Shown: one piece after another, positions 46,605-63,270 of the stretch
How positions within the stretch are numbered: position 1 is the first letter of the stretch
How the letters are laid out: each line of letters opens with the position of its first letter
The notes under the pieces: generated by a model
What the model saw: the letters and a program-made list of their open reading frames with translations, nothing else
Database searches by the model: none
What the model was told of the DNA's origin: nothing
Source: Rhodospirillaceae bacterium MC!
Lineage (GTDB): Bacteria; Pseudomonadota; Alphaproteobacteria; MC1
Assembly (NCBI GenBank): GCA_002632265.1
Contig: NQOV01000011.1
Location: 38,566 to 102,565, forward strand
Direction of reading: 5' to 3'
DNA length: 64,000 bases
Position numbers and translations under genes: made by a program

Positions 46605-47660
46605 ATGAGCGAAACTGTAGACGATAGCCAAGATATCTATGTAGAAGAGCAAAGCATACGCCCAGCGGTTATCGATGAGTTTATCGGTCAAAAACGTTTG
46701 AGAGATAATCTAAGCGTGGCAATTCAAGGATCTAAAGCACGCAATACGGTAATGGATCATGTGGTATTCTTTGGCCCGCCTGGATTGGGAAAAACCACCC
46801 TTTCACAAATAGTCGCTCGAGAATTGGGAGTTGGTTTTCGTTCCACAAGTGGTCCGGTTATCGCAAAATCAGGAGATTTAGCAGCTCTGCTAACGAACTT
46901 ACAGCCGAACGATGTTTTATTTATTGATGAAATTCATCGCCTTAACCCTGCGGTGGAAGAAATTTTGTATCCAGCAATGGAAGATTTCCAACTAGATATT
47001 ATTATCGGCGAAGGTCCGTCAGCTCGAAGCGTAAAAATCGATCTTCCACCCTTTACCTTGGTGGGAGCTACCACAAGAATGGGCTTGCTTACAACTCCCC
47101 TACGTGATCGATTCGGTATTCAAATGAGATTAAATTTCTACGAGGTGGAAGATCTTAAAAAAATCGTCATTCGTTCAGCTCATATTTTTGGGATCGCCGT
47201 ATCAGATGATGGAGCTATGGAAATCGCCAAACGCAGTAGGGGAACTCCACGTATAGCAGGGCGATTATTACGCCGAGTTTACGACTTCGCCCTAGTGGCA
47301 AAACAAGAAATTATCGACCTTAATATTACCAATATCGCCCTTGAAGCCCTAGATGTGGATAGGCTAGGCCTCGACGCCATGGACAGGAAATATATGGCGA
47401 TGATCGGCGAACACTATAGGGGCGGTCCTGTCGGTATCGACACAATATCCGCCGGCCTTTCCGAACAAAAAGACACCCTAGAAGAAGTTATCGAACCATA
47501 CCTAATTCAACAAGGCTTACTCAACCGCACCCCACGAGGTCGCATGATAACCGAAAAGGCCTTCAAACACCTAAACATCCCCATTCCTAAACACATCCTA
47601 GAGTTTAACAACACAAAACAAATCAATCTATTTAATACAGAAGACAACAAAGAAAATTGA
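46605..47660 (+). CDS. ruvB: Holliday junction DNA helicase subunit B
   Basis: 351-aa ORF with Walker [10 protein letters not shown], Walker B LFIDEIH and RuvB-type sequence. Confidence 0.93.
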   Translation: MSETVDDSQDIYVEEQSIRPAVIDEFIGQKRLRDNLSVAIQGSKARNTVMDHVVFFGPPGLGKTTLSQIVARELGVGFRSTSGPVIAKSGDLAALLTNLQPNDVLFIDEIHRLNPAVEEILYPAMEDFQLDIIIGEGPSARSVKIDLPPFTLVGATTRMGLLTTPLRDRFGIQMRLNFYEVEDLKKIVIRSAHIFGIAVSDDGAMEIAKRSRGTPRIAGRLLRRVYDFALVAKQEIIDLNITNIALEALDVDRLGLDAMDRKYMAMIGEHYRGGPVGIDTISAGLSEQKDTLEEVIEPYLIQQGLLNRTPRGRMITEKAFKHLNIPIPKHILEFNNTKQINLFNTEDNKEN

Positions 47661-47679
47661 TTCGCTTATGTAACTTATA

Positions 47680-47770
47680 TTAACAGGCAGTCGTTCAAAT
47701 AGAGCGACTGCCTGTTAAGGTATTATATCCAAAGAGTTATTATATCCAAAGAGTGCGAGTGTCTGTCAAG
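47680..47770. repeat. core-family repeats between convergent ruvB and gyrB (hairpin pair plus short-subtype reverse copy)
   Basis: TTAACAGGCAGTCG (47680-47693) pairs perfectly with CGACTGCCTGTTAA (47705-47718). CCAAAGAGTGCGAGTGTCTGTCAAG (47746-47770) is the reverse complement of CTTGACAGACACTCGCACTCTTTGG. Confidence 0.8.
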
Positions 47771-47806
47771 ATATCATGTTAAAGAGAGACAAATACATAA
47801 GCAAGA

Positions 47807-50299
<2,493 letters not shown>

Positions 50300-50689
50300 T
50301 TATAAAAAGCTTAAATTATAAAAATTAAGTGAAATGTTAAGTAAATGGGTTAAGGGGTGGAAAACTACTAAAATGAGTGCTTTTTCACATCCCTTAGGTT
50401 GTGTCTCTAACAACCTTTAGTTGTTAACATAATAATACTATTTGACACATTTTAAAAGTACTTTTTTTAATTTTCAAACAAAAAGATTTACTTATTCTTT
50501 TATGTTTTATGTATCTATTTGTATTGATTAAATATTTACCTACAAAGTTCTTGAAATATTTCTCTCTTAAAACTGGGATTTTATGGGTTTATATTTTTTA
50601 ATAAAAGATAGTAAAAAACAAGCCAATACAACACCCATACACAAGCCCCATTTAAGAAAGCTAAAATGAGTGCTTTTTCCCACCTTTTT

Positions 50690-51586
50690 TTAGTGTAGAG
50701 TTCTTTTTTGAGAGCGTATCAAGAGAACTTTATGTAAGTATTTTTCTGCGGATGTTGTGCGGATATTATCCCTTTGATCTCCGTCTTCTATGCGGAAGTA
50801 TTTGTATCTTAGTTTTAGATAATCAATATATATATCCAACTGTTCAGAATTTAGCTTTTTAATGATGTCAATGGGGATAATGTCGCCCTTTTGCAGATAT
50901 TCGTAGAAAGTTTGATCTCGCACTCCGCCAAAGTGATAATGACCGCCTGTGCTAGAGTTCTTTCTTGGATATAGGAAAATTTCTTGCTTAGTTCCGATAA
51001 ATTGGCGATATCTAGGAAGTTGAAGAATTATCTTTAGAGCCATGATTACCGCTTGATTGGTGGAATCGTATTTGCGTTTTAAAAGTAGATAGTCAATATA
51101 TGTTCTTAATTCATCATCGTCAAGAGCTTGGATCTCCTTATTGGGAATTAGCTTGTTAGAGCGTAATACGCCGTAGAAATAATCAATATTTAAGACCAAA
51201 CGTCTTTTTGTGCTAGGAGTTTTATTCTTAGCAAGCGGGCTAGTAGGACGGTCGCCAATGGGGTGCATGCGTTTTGATAAAGTATCAACCATAATCGAGA
51301 TGTGCGATCTTAAGGAGCTTAATTTCGGCATATCTCGGAGGATTCTTAAAGATGAGAGAGCGTTTTTATTTTGATTAGCCTGATACATACTCGCCAAATA
51401 AGTGGCGTATGTGTTGGCTTGATCTATGGTTAAATCGTGTAGATCGGTGGTTTTAATTAGTCCGTTTGTTTGCAAAACAGAATGAAATTTTAGTTCTGTC
51501 ATCGCCCATGTTGTTGATATGTTAGAACCATATCCCATAGTTAGCCCTAAAGTTAACCCTATAAGTAATTTTATTCCTTTGTTCAT
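50690..51586 (-). CDS. hypothetical secreted protein with three internal repeats
   Basis: 298-aa ORF with a signal peptide and three copies of a LIxxxxIxxLxxxQLxxYIDYLxLxYKY-like module. Confidence 0.55.
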   Translation of the reverse strand: MNKGIKLLIGLTLGLTMGYGSNISTTWAMTELKFHSVLQTNGLIKTTDLHDLTIDQANTYATYLASMYQANQNKNALSSLRILRDMPKLSSLRSHISIMVDTLSKRMHPIGDRPTSPLAKNKTPSTKRRLVLNIDYFYGVLRSNKLIPNKEIQALDDDELRTYIDYLLLKRKYDSTNQAVIMALKIILQLPRYRQFIGTKQEIFLYPRKNSSTGGHYHFGGVRDQTFYEYLQKGDIIPIDIIKKLNSEQLDIYIDYLKLRYKYFRIEDGDQRDNIRTTSAEKYLHKVLLIRSQKRTLH

Positions 51587-51600
51587 CTTCTTAAGAAATC

Positions 51601-51921
51601 CTACTTGTTTTTAGCTTGTTTGTCTTTTAATTGGGTAATAAATAGATCTATAAAATCACCCATGCCATTTTTTTCGCCGTCCTTTTTCGCTTGATCTGCG
51701 AGAGCGAAAGCCTTATCAAAGTCGCCCATTTCGGCGAATATCTTAGCTTTACCCACATAGGCGGTTATGATTGGTTTTATGCTTAAGGATGTATCGAAAA
51801 GTTTTAAGGCTTCATCGAGCTTTCCAGCGTTTGCTTTGGCGGTTGCTTCATCCACATAATCAAGAGCTTTTTCGTAAATTATTTCATTTTCACTTAAGTC
51901 TCTTTTAATCTTTTTGTTCAT
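51601..51921 (-). CDS. small TPR-like protein
   Basis: 106-aa ORF with two or three TPR-like helical hairpins (AKANAGKLDEALKLFD, KIFAEMGDFDKAFALAD). Confidence 0.55.
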   Translation of the reverse strand: MNKKIKRDLSENEIIYEKALDYVDEATAKANAGKLDEALKLFDTSLSIKPIITAYVGKAKIFAEMGDFDKAFALADQAKKDGEKNGMGDFIDLFITQLKDKQAKNK

Positions 51922-52214
51922 ATTAGTTAATATCCTTATAAATTTTAGAAAGTTTCACTAAATTAGTTATTTGAAAATAACACAAAATCAAGAAAAATAC
52001 AAGCTTTTATTATAATCATTGATTTTTACTTTTAAGATGTGTTATAATTTATCCCAACATACAATAATAGGCTTGTAAGTAAGGTGTTATATAAAGACTT
52101 ATGAACGGACTTGTAAAAACGGTTGTTTTTTCACATATCTCCAGTTACATAAGAAATTATATGACAAACTATTTTACAATCAATACTAATTTAAGGTTAG
52201 AGTTTTATATACAT

Positions 52215-53015
52215 ATGACAAAAAAAATAAAGATATTATCATTGCTTGTAACTATGGTTACAACTGTTGTTCTTTCTTCTTGTGTTACTCAAAGAGACTT
52301 CTCACAAATGAGCGAAGAAGAGTTATACGAAGGCGGATCTAGAAATTATACACATGGAGCTTATGATAAATCAGTAGACTATTTTAACGCCTTACAGAGA
52401 TTATATCCTTATTCGCCTTTGGCTGATCAATCCCTATTACTTTCTGCTGACGCTCGTTATTATGCGGGTAAATATCCGCTAGCGTTGGTTTTATATACCA
52501 GTTATAGCAAACTCAATCCAGAAAGTAAAAATACTCCTTATGCTTATTACATGCGTGGTATGTCTTACTACAATGTGGTAAGTGATATCTATAGAGATCA
52601 AACGGTAACAAGAACCGCCATTGACGCTTTTGAAGAAGTAATTCAACGTTTTCCCAATTCGGTATTTGCAAGAAAAGCCCATATTAAGGTAGATCTGTTG
52701 TTTGATATCTTAGCAGGGAAAGAATTATCTGTGGGCAGATACTATCAGAATCAGAAAAATTGCTTACCTGCCATTAATCGCTATAAGGAAATCGCAGAAA
52801 ATTATAGCTCAAGCATATACATTCCTGAAGCTTTATATAGAATGTCTGAATGTCAAATATATTTAGGATTAAATGATGAAGCTTTCAAAACCATTAAGGT
52901 TTTAGGCTATAATTATAACGATAGTTCGTGGTATAATAAGGCTTATAAATTATTAGTAGTGAAACATCTGTTGAATAAAACCGTAAAAAAACCCAAGAAT
53001 AAATCGCAATCATAA
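52215..53015 (+). CDS. bamD: outer membrane protein assembly factor BamD (YfiO-like lipoprotein)
   Basis: Lipoprotein signal MTKKIKILSLLVTMVTTVVLSSC and TPR-like BamD sequence. The ORF opens at 52101; the ATG at 52215 is preferred. Confidence 0.8.
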   Translation: MTKKIKILSLLVTMVTTVVLSSCVTQRDFSQMSEEELYEGGSRNYTHGAYDKSVDYFNALQRLYPYSPLADQSLLLSADARYYAGKYPLALVLYTSYSKLNPESKNTPYAYYMRGMSYYNVVSDIYRDQTVTRTAIDAFEEVIQRFPNSVFARKAHIKVDLLFDILAGKELSVGRYYQNQKNCLPAINRYKEIAENYSSSIYIPEALYRMSECQIYLGLNDEAFKTIKVLGYNYNDSSWYNKAYKLLVVKHLLNKTVKKPKNKSQS

Positions 53016-53104
53016 TAGCAATCGTAATCGTAACAATTTCCAACCAAGCCCATAATTACAAGACAAGATAGTTAAAACAAAAAAGTTAAGAGAGACATAA
53101 GTGT

Positions 53105-57137
<4,033 letters not shown>

Positions 57138-57149
57138 ATGATTGCTGAT

Positions 57150-57195
57150 CTCTTTAGTTGGTTTGTCCCTTGACAGACAGTCGCACGCTTTGGGC
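57150..57195 (+). repeat. core-family repeat, short subtype, copy J (forward)
   Basis: CTCTTTAGTTGGTTTGTCCCTTGACAGACAGTCGCACGCTTTGGG, 13 nt after the ligA stop. Confidence 0.8.
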
Positions 57196-57581
57196 AGAAC
57201 TCTTGATATACAGGCCAACTATTTAGGCCTGTAATAGTGAGATATGCAACGTAAAAACAATAGCTTAATGTAAAATAGGCATTTTGATTGATGGCCAACA
57301 TTATGAGTTAAAAATACAGCCTTTATAAAGGTTAGTATTGTATGTATATACACATAATATCCAGTACATTAAAAAACATCATAAATAGATGTTTATGATG
57401 TTTTTGTAAGCTAAAGTATATCTTGACACATAATTATTTTCAAGCATATAAAAACCAACTGGCATACAAGGTATATACGTATACTAATATACTTACACAT
57501 GGACATTTTATAAAGATAATGTCTGTTAAGTTAGAGTATATTATTAATTTTACAGATTGTTATAATTATGTTTAGTTTGAA

Positions 57582-58166
57582 TTATTTCTTTAATAATTCC
57601 AATAAAGTACTAATTATTAATTCTAGCATTTCCTTTGAAGAGATTTCTTCTGTGGTAACATGGTGAGAGTATAACGCCCCAATTGCCATAGAGATTACAA
57701 CTTCAATATTTTGAACAGATCTAAAAGTACCTTCGTCTATACCACGCAATATGATGGTTTCTAGGGTTTTTCTTCTAGGAACTAGTACATTACTTCTTAT
57801 GTGTCCTATAAGTTCAGGATTCTGTTTTTCTGCAGCACTTAAAATATTGTAGAATGATATAACCGACGAGGGAAATTCTTCAATATGAGTAGCAAGAGTA
57901 TTTACCCAAATAGCCAAATTTTCTTCAAGAGATTTATCTTCAGAATAGTAGTGAGTTTCTTGAATTGAAAAAACAGCATCATGGATTAAGTCTTTTTTAG
58001 TACTCCAACGTCTATAAATAGTTGGCTTAGTAATATGGCAACGTTTGGCAATAGCCTCAATATTACAACTTTTAAGACCTTTCTTAGTGATCTCAATAAT
58101 TGTAGATTTCAAAACCTTATCATTCAAGTGAGGATCTGTAGGGCGACCTCGTTTTCTTTTTTCCAT
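57582..58166 (-). CDS. TetR-family transcriptional regulator
   Basis: 194-aa ORF with an N-terminal HTH (IAKRCHITKPTIYRRWSTKKDLI). Confidence 0.85.
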   Translation of the reverse strand: MEKRKRGRPTDPHLNDKVLKSTIIEITKKGLKSCNIEAIAKRCHITKPTIYRRWSTKKDLIHDAVFSIQETHYYSEDKSLEENLAIWVNTLATHIEEFPSSVISFYNILSAAEKQNPELIGHIRSNVLVPRRKTLETIILRGIDEGTFRSVQNIEVVISMAIGALYSHHVTTEEISSKEMLELIISTLLELLKK

Positions 58167-58350
58167 AATTAATAGTATCCTTATGGTTTGTTTACTATAT
58201 TATAATGGATGTTACTAGCTAATATGATTTGCTCTACGCAATATATATACGCTCGTGTATCCTATTATATATATATGATAAAATAAACAGTTTTAAAAGT
58301 CAAGTTTTTTATTTAATATTATTCCAAATTTTTTATAATAAAAATAGTTT

Positions 58351-58380
58351 AAGAGCTAATAACTTAGCTTATTAGCTCTT
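58351..58380 (-). terminator. intrinsic terminator candidate downstream of uppP
   Basis: AAGAGCTAATAA, CTTAGC loop, TTATTAGCTCTT (12-bp perfect stem). The minus-strand T-tract is only partial. Confidence 0.4.
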
Positions 58381-58480
58381 GTTAGCCATAGTTATTTCGT
58401 GTTTTACATGCTATTGATATATGTTAATAAAACAAAGTTAAATAAATATTATGTTATATTTTTGTATTAGAGTGAATGAA

Positions 58481-59290
58481 TTACATCCCCAATTTAGTAT
58501 ATGCCAATGTTAGTAAGATGATTCCCAAAAGAACCCTATAGATTACAAATAAGGTAAAGTTTGATTTTTTTAGCCAATCCATTAGGAAATCCACCGCAAT
58601 AATTGCCACAATGAACGAAACTGCCACCCCTATTAGAGTTGTAGTATTTAGTAGCTCTTTGCCTTCTTGGTGTACGTGTATGCCCTCAAGCAAACCAGAG
58701 CCGATAATTGTAGGAATGGAAATCAACATGGAATACTTCGCCGATTCGTCTCTATCAACAGAAAGGAAGCGAGCCATGGTCATTGTTGTACCTGATCTTG
58801 AAGAGCCTGGGATAATGGCAAATACTTGAGCTATACCTATAAGAATCGCATCTTTAATACTAAAGTCTTTAATTTTGCGTTGGGATGAGAAAAATTTATC
58901 CGAAACCCACAATAAGATCCCAAAAATAATGCTAGTTGATCCGAGAATCTTTAAACTACTGGTACTTTCTGGATAGTAATGACTATATATATAGCCAAAT
59001 ATCACGATAGGGATAGTTGAAATTATAATCCAAATGGCTAGCAAACCCTCGGAGCTACGTTGTCCCACAAATAATTTAAAGAATCCTATGGTGATTTTTA
59101 TGCAATCCTTATGGAAATAAATGATAATAGCCAACAAAGTACCCATATGTAAAGCTACATCAAAGGCGAATCCTAAATTGGCATCTGCCCAATGAAATAT
59201 TTTAGGAACGAGAACAAGGTGAGCCGAACTACTAATAGGTAAAAATTCTGTAATACCTTGAATTATGCCTAGAACTATAGCGTGTAACAT
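58481..59290 (-). CDS. uppP: undecaprenyl-diphosphate phosphatase
   Basis: 269-aa ORF with BacA-family motifs (EFLPISSSAHL, PGSSRSG). Confidence 0.92.
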   Translation of the reverse strand: MLHAIVLGIIQGITEFLPISSSAHLVLVPKIFHWADANLGFAFDVALHMGTLLAIIIYFHKDCIKITIGFFKLFVGQRSSEGLLAIWIIISTIPIVIFGYIYSHYYPESTSSLKILGSTSIIFGILLWVSDKFFSSQRKIKDFSIKDAILIGIAQVFAIIPGSSRSGTTMTMARFLSVDRDESAKYSMLISIPTIIGSGLLEGIHVHQEGKELLNTTTLIGVAVSFIVAIIAVDFLMDWLKKSNFTLFVIYRVLLGIILLTLAYTKLGM

Positions 59291-59401
59291 AATAATTATT
59301 CTTTCAGTGATTTTTATACTTGTAAAAAAACGTTATATAATATATATTTCAAAGTATATAAAGAAAAGTTTAAAAAATTGTTAAAAATTTGTGTGAGAGT
59401 C

Positions 59402-60184
59402 ATGATTCAAGAGAATACCAAAAAGAAAAAAGATACCGCCCTAGTAAAAATGATATTAGATGCCATTCCTTCTGTCCTATTTTTTATAGTATATTTTAAG
59501 TTTGGTATCTATAAGGCCACTGGGGTTTTAGTTATATCCATAGTCATTACCACCATAGTAACCATAAAGGTAACAGGCAAGTTTTCCCCTTATGGATTCT
59601 TTATCGCCCTGATTGCTTTAGTGGGTGGCGGATTAACTCTCTATCTTAAGGATGAGACCTTTATTAAAATGAAAGTTACGGTAATCGAAACCTTTATGGC
59701 TTTAGTCTTACTGGGCGGATACGTGAGAAAAAAATATTTTATCCAATCCATTTTCTCCTTAATGGGCGACTTTACCGAATCAGAAGCAAGAAAACTAACA
59801 AGATCTGCCAGTATCGTCTTACTTTGTATTGCAGGATGTAACGAACTCATATGGCGAAACTTCTCAACCGACACATGGATAATGTTCAAAACTTTCGGCA
59901 TTCCCATTTGCACCATGCTTTTTATCATTCTTAACATAAAAACCATGCTCAAAGCAGGCGAACGCAAGGAGGCAAACAAAGAGCTAGGGTCAGCGAACCC
60001 CAAGGAGTTAGCGAACTCCAAGGAGTTAGCAGACCCCAAATCAGCAAAGACGCAAGAAACAGATTCCACAGAGACAAATAAAAAGGGAGATAATACTTCC
60101 GCTCATGAGTCTGTTAGTTCTGGCTCTGTTGGTCCTAGGAATCCGTGGGATGTTGATTCGGAAGAGTCTGACAATAACTCATAA
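59402..60184 (+). CDS. ispZ: intracellular septation protein A (YciB/IspZ family) with ~80-aa low-complexity C-terminal extension
   Basis: IspZ-like membrane core (PSVLFFIVYFKFGIYKAT, GGGLTLYLKDETFIKMK). The ATG at 59402 is preferred over the TTG at 59378. Confidence 0.8.
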   Translation: MIQENTKKKKDTALVKMILDAIPSVLFFIVYFKFGIYKATGVLVISIVITTIVTIKVTGKFSPYGFFIALIALVGGGLTLYLKDETFIKMKVTVIETFMALVLLGGYVRKKYFIQSIFSLMGDFTESEARKLTRSASIVLLCIAGCNELIWRNFSTDTWIMFKTFGIPICTMLFIILNIKTMLKAGERKEANKELGSANPKELANSKELADPKSAKTQETDSTETNKKGDNTSAHESVSSGSVGPRNPWDVDSEESDNNS

Positions 60185-60470
60185 AGCCGAGTTTTATAAA
60201 AGTCGTGTCTCATAAAGCCAAGACTTATAAAAGCCAAGATTCATAAAATCCGAAACTCATAAAAATCATAATATCTTGTAATTTATCATAGGAATAAAAA
60301 TAACATACTAAAATATAAAAATAATAATAACTTATAAAAGTTAATGTATTCAAGGTATTAGCCCAAGGGTTTAGAAAATAAAAAATTAACACTTGAAAAA
60401 ATGTATAATATTTAGTACACTACATAGCATAGTTGTAGTTTATAATCGTTTTGTGATTATTAGCTACTTA

Positions 60471-60520
60471 AATTGTTATTACAGGACATTTGTTTTGTAG
60501 TTTGTTTTGTAATAACAATT
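60471..60520 (+). promoter_or_regulatory. 13-bp perfect inverted repeat in the leader of the NifU-like gene
   Basis: AATTGTTATTACA (60471-60483) and TGTAATAACAATT (60508-60520) with a 24-nt loop, followed by TTTAATTTT; 46 nt before the start codon. Confidence 0.4.
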
Positions 60521-60566
60521 TTTAATTTTCATAACGAATTTAATCTAAGTGTAAACGAGGAAAGTA

Positions 60567-61259
60567 ATGGAATATACATCTGAAGTACAAAATATGTGCC
60601 CACTAACATTGGCAGAAGGTCATGGACCTTCGCCGATTCCTGAAGAAGGAAAGTGGGTTGAATCGAAACAAATCTCTGATATCTCTGGTTTATCTCATGG
60701 TGTTGGTGGTTGTGCACCACGTCAAGGTGCGTCAAAGTTAACTCTAAATGTTAAAAATGGTATTATTGAAGAAGCTCTAATCGAAACAATCGGTTGTTCT
60801 GGAATGACTCACTCGGCGGCTATGGCTGGCGAAATCTTACCAGGCAAAACTTTGTTAGAAGCTTTAAACACAGATTTAGTCTGTGATGCTATCATGGTAG
60901 CAATGAAAGACATTTTCCAACAATTGGCATATGGTCGTTCTCAAACCGCCTTTTCTGAAGGTGGTTTACCTATTGGTGCAGGTCTTGAAGATCTTGGTAA
61001 AGGTCTACGTTCTATGGTTGGTACAGTTCATTCAACACGTGAAAAAGGTGCTCGCTGGTTAGAATTAACAGATGGTTACATCGTTGAGCTTGGTCTTGAT
61101 AAGAATAAAGAAACTATCGGTTATAAATTCTTACGTATTGGCCCTATGCTTGAAGCTATCAAAGCGGGTAAAGATCCGAAAGAAGCTTACGAAAGTAACC
61201 TTGCAACATATGGTCAGTTCGACAACGCTGTTGAAACCATTGACCCACGTCATAAGTAA
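60567..61259 (+). CDS. NifU/IscU N-terminal-like Fe-S scaffold-domain protein
   Basis: 230-aa ORF. GVGGCAP...LTLNVKNGIIEEALIETIGCSGMTHSAAMAGEIL resembles the IscU Cys-containing blocks. Strong SD (GAGGAAAG). Confidence 0.6.
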   Translation: MEYTSEVQNMCPLTLAEGHGPSPIPEEGKWVESKQISDISGLSHGVGGCAPRQGASKLTLNVKNGIIEEALIETIGCSGMTHSAAMAGEILPGKTLLEALNTDLVCDAIMVAMKDIFQQLAYGRSQTAFSEGGLPIGAGLEDLGKGLRSMVGTVHSTREKGARWLELTDGYIVELGLDKNKETIGYKFLRIGPMLEAIKAGKDPKEAYESNLATYGQFDNAVETIDPRHK

Positions 61260-61277
61260 TAGAGGAGATTATATATT

Positions 61278-62288
61278 ATGTCTGATAATAAAGAATTGTT
61301 TGAATCTTACGGTCGTCGTATTTCTAAAATCGAACCAATTTTAAAAGAATTAGGATTCTCTTCTATCGAAGAAACTCTTGATTATTGTAAAGAAAAGGGC
61401 GTTGATCCTTATCAAATTACAGAAGAAACCCAAAATATTGCTTTTGAGAATGCTAAATGGGCTTACACATTAGGAGCGGCTATTGCTCTTAAATCTGGTG
61501 TAAAAACCGCAGCTGAAGCAGCAGAAAAAATCGGTGAAGGCTTACAAGCTTTTTGTATTCCAGGTTCTGTAGCTGATAGTCGTAAAGTTGGTATTGGTCA
61601 TGGTAATTTAGGTGCTATGTTACTTCGTGAAGAAGCAGAATGTTTCGCTTTCCTAGCTGGTCACGAATCTTTCGCTGCTGCCGAGGGTGCGATTAAAGTA
61701 GCTCTAAACGCTAACAAAGCACGTAAGCAACCATTACGTGTGGTTCTTAATGGTCTTGGTAAAGATGCCGCTTACATTATCGCTCGTGTTAACGGATTCA
61801 CATATGTGGAAACTAAATACGATTATACTACAGGCGTTTTAAGCGTAGTTAAAGAACGTAAATTCTCTGACGGTCCTCGTGCTGATATTAAATGTTACGG
61901 TGCTAAAGACGTTCGTGAGGGCGTTGCGATTATGCAAGAAGCTAAAGTTAATGTTTCTATTACTGGTAACTCAACAAACCCAACACGTTTCCAACATCCT
62001 GTTGCAGGTATTTACAAAAAGCTTTCTCAAGCAGACGGCTTTAAATACTTCTCTGTAGCATCAGGTGGCGGTACTGGTCGTACTCTACACCCTGATAACG
62101 TTGGTGCTGGTCCTTCTTCTTACGGTTTAACAGATACTATGGGTCGTATGCACTGCGACGCACAATTCGCTGGTTCATCTTCTGTACCTGCTCACGTGGA
62201 AATGATGGGCTTAATCGGTATGGGTAACAACCCAATGGTAGGTTGTACCGTAGCCGTAGCCGTAGCCGTAGAACAAGCAACTAAATAA
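61278..62288 (+). CDS. GGGtGRT-motif protein (uncharacterised family)
   Basis: 336-aa ORF containing SGGGTGRTLHP; strong SD (AGGAG). The family name is recalled from Pfam/NCBI naming and was not searched. Confidence 0.6.
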   Translation: MSDNKELFESYGRRISKIEPILKELGFSSIEETLDYCKEKGVDPYQITEETQNIAFENAKWAYTLGAAIALKSGVKTAAEAAEKIGEGLQAFCIPGSVADSRKVGIGHGNLGAMLLREEAECFAFLAGHESFAAAEGAIKVALNANKARKQPLRVVLNGLGKDAAYIIARVNGFTYVETKYDYTTGVLSVVKERKFSDGPRADIKCYGAKDVREGVAIMQEAKVNVSITGNSTNPTRFQHPVAGIYKKLSQADGFKYFSVASGGGTGRTLHPDNVGAGPSSYGLTDTMGRMHCDAQFAGSSSVPAHVEMMGLIGMGNNPMVGCTVAVAVAVEQATK

Positions 62289-62336
62289 TATAACAAACAT
62301 TAGTTTGTATTATTTATAACCTGTCTCTATGCAGAT

Positions 62337-62373
62337 AAAAAGATCATGATATTAATTTATCATGATCTTTTTT
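62337..62373 (+). terminator. intrinsic (bidirectional-type) terminator
   Basis: AAAAAGATCATGAT, ATTAATTT loop, ATCATGATCTTTTT, with an A-tract before and a T-tract after. Confidence 0.75.
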
Positions 62374-62500
62374 ATATATACTTTTAATATATAAAACCTA
62401 TTTAAAGTATATATAAAAGTAGGCCGAGAATAATAAAACACAATAGACTCTACACATAAAAACTTTTGCATATGAAAACTCTTGCATATGAAAATATGAA

Positions 62501-62604
62501 CATGACCCAAATAACTTGGGATCGAATAAGTTTTGTGCAACATCGCTATGTTTGGCCCGTCTGGCAAGACTTCCGCCCGAATAGGGCAACTGTCTGTTAA
62601 GACG
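62501..62604 (-). repeat. core-family dispersed repeat, copy I (reverse; one 33-bp unit plus a full copy)
   Basis: The reverse complement reads CGTCTTAACAGACAGTTGCCCTATTCGGGCGGAAGTCTTGCCAGACGGGCCAAACATAGCGATGTTGCACAAAACTTATTCGATCCC...; starts 19 nt past the tdk stop. Confidence 0.85.
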
Positions 62605-62622
62605 CTAAATCAATCAATCAAG

Positions 62623-63162
62623 CTATTCAGTAGGGGTAAAGGGTTTATAGCAGTCTTTACAAGCACATATGTAGAGGTTTTTGCCGACTTCAAAGCGACT
62701 GTTTCCGCCTTTGGTTCGCATGGTGTAGTCTGCCATTTTGTTGTTGCAGATTTGGCAACGGCGTTTGTAGTATATTTCATGGTCTATTAGGGGTAATAGG
62801 GCTTTGTAGGTTTCGAATTGTTCGGTCATGTAGTCGGTGTCTAGCATGCCTATATGGATGTTTTTATTTTGTTTTAGGTTGGTTATCCAGTGGATGAAGT
62901 CGTTGCCTGTGAAGAAGTGGGCTTCGTCGATTATTATGGTGTCGAATTTATCGGTGTCGAATTCGGTGGTGATTTCGCCAGTGGTGGGGATAAGGTTGGC
63001 GATTATTGATTGTCCATTTCTTGAGCTTATTTCGTTACTTTCTTCTTTTAGGTAGGGTTTTACGGCGGTAACTCTATGTTTTTGTAGGGCTTTTAAATGA
63101 TATAGATTTATTAATGCTGCCGATTTTCCTGATCCCATAGGGCCGATGTGTAAAGTTATCAT
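62623..63162 (-). CDS. tdk: thymidine kinase
   Basis: 179-aa ORF with P-loop GPMGSGKS, IIDEAHFF and a C-terminal Cys4 zinc ribbon. Confidence 0.9.
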   Translation of the reverse strand: MITLHIGPMGSGKSAALINLYHLKALQKHRVTAVKPYLKEESNEISSRNGQSIIANLIPTTGEITTEFDTDKFDTIIIDEAHFFTGNDFIHWITNLKQNKNIHIGMLDTDYMTEQFETYKALLPLIDHEIYYKRRCQICNNKMADYTMRTKGGNSRFEVGKNLYICACKDCYKPFTPTE

Positions 63163-63270
63163 AAGCTATTCTTCCTTGTGCTTTTGTAATTATTGGTTAT
63201 TGGTTATTAGATGTATATTACTATATAATAGATTAGATCTCAAGATATTTTTATAAATAATTACAGATAA

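Noticed and set aside
50368-50679. 19-bp direct repeat CTAAAATGAGTGCTTTTTC at 50368-50386 and 50661-50679 flanking the gyrB upstream region.
   Set aside because: It is real but a single short pair with no further structure, which is not enough to infer function.
60550-60566. GAGGAAAGT resembling the conserved RNase P RNA P4 region (GAGGAAAGUCC).
   Set aside because: The match stops after 9 nt, and the sequence is positioned as the Shine-Dalgarno of the NifU-like gene.
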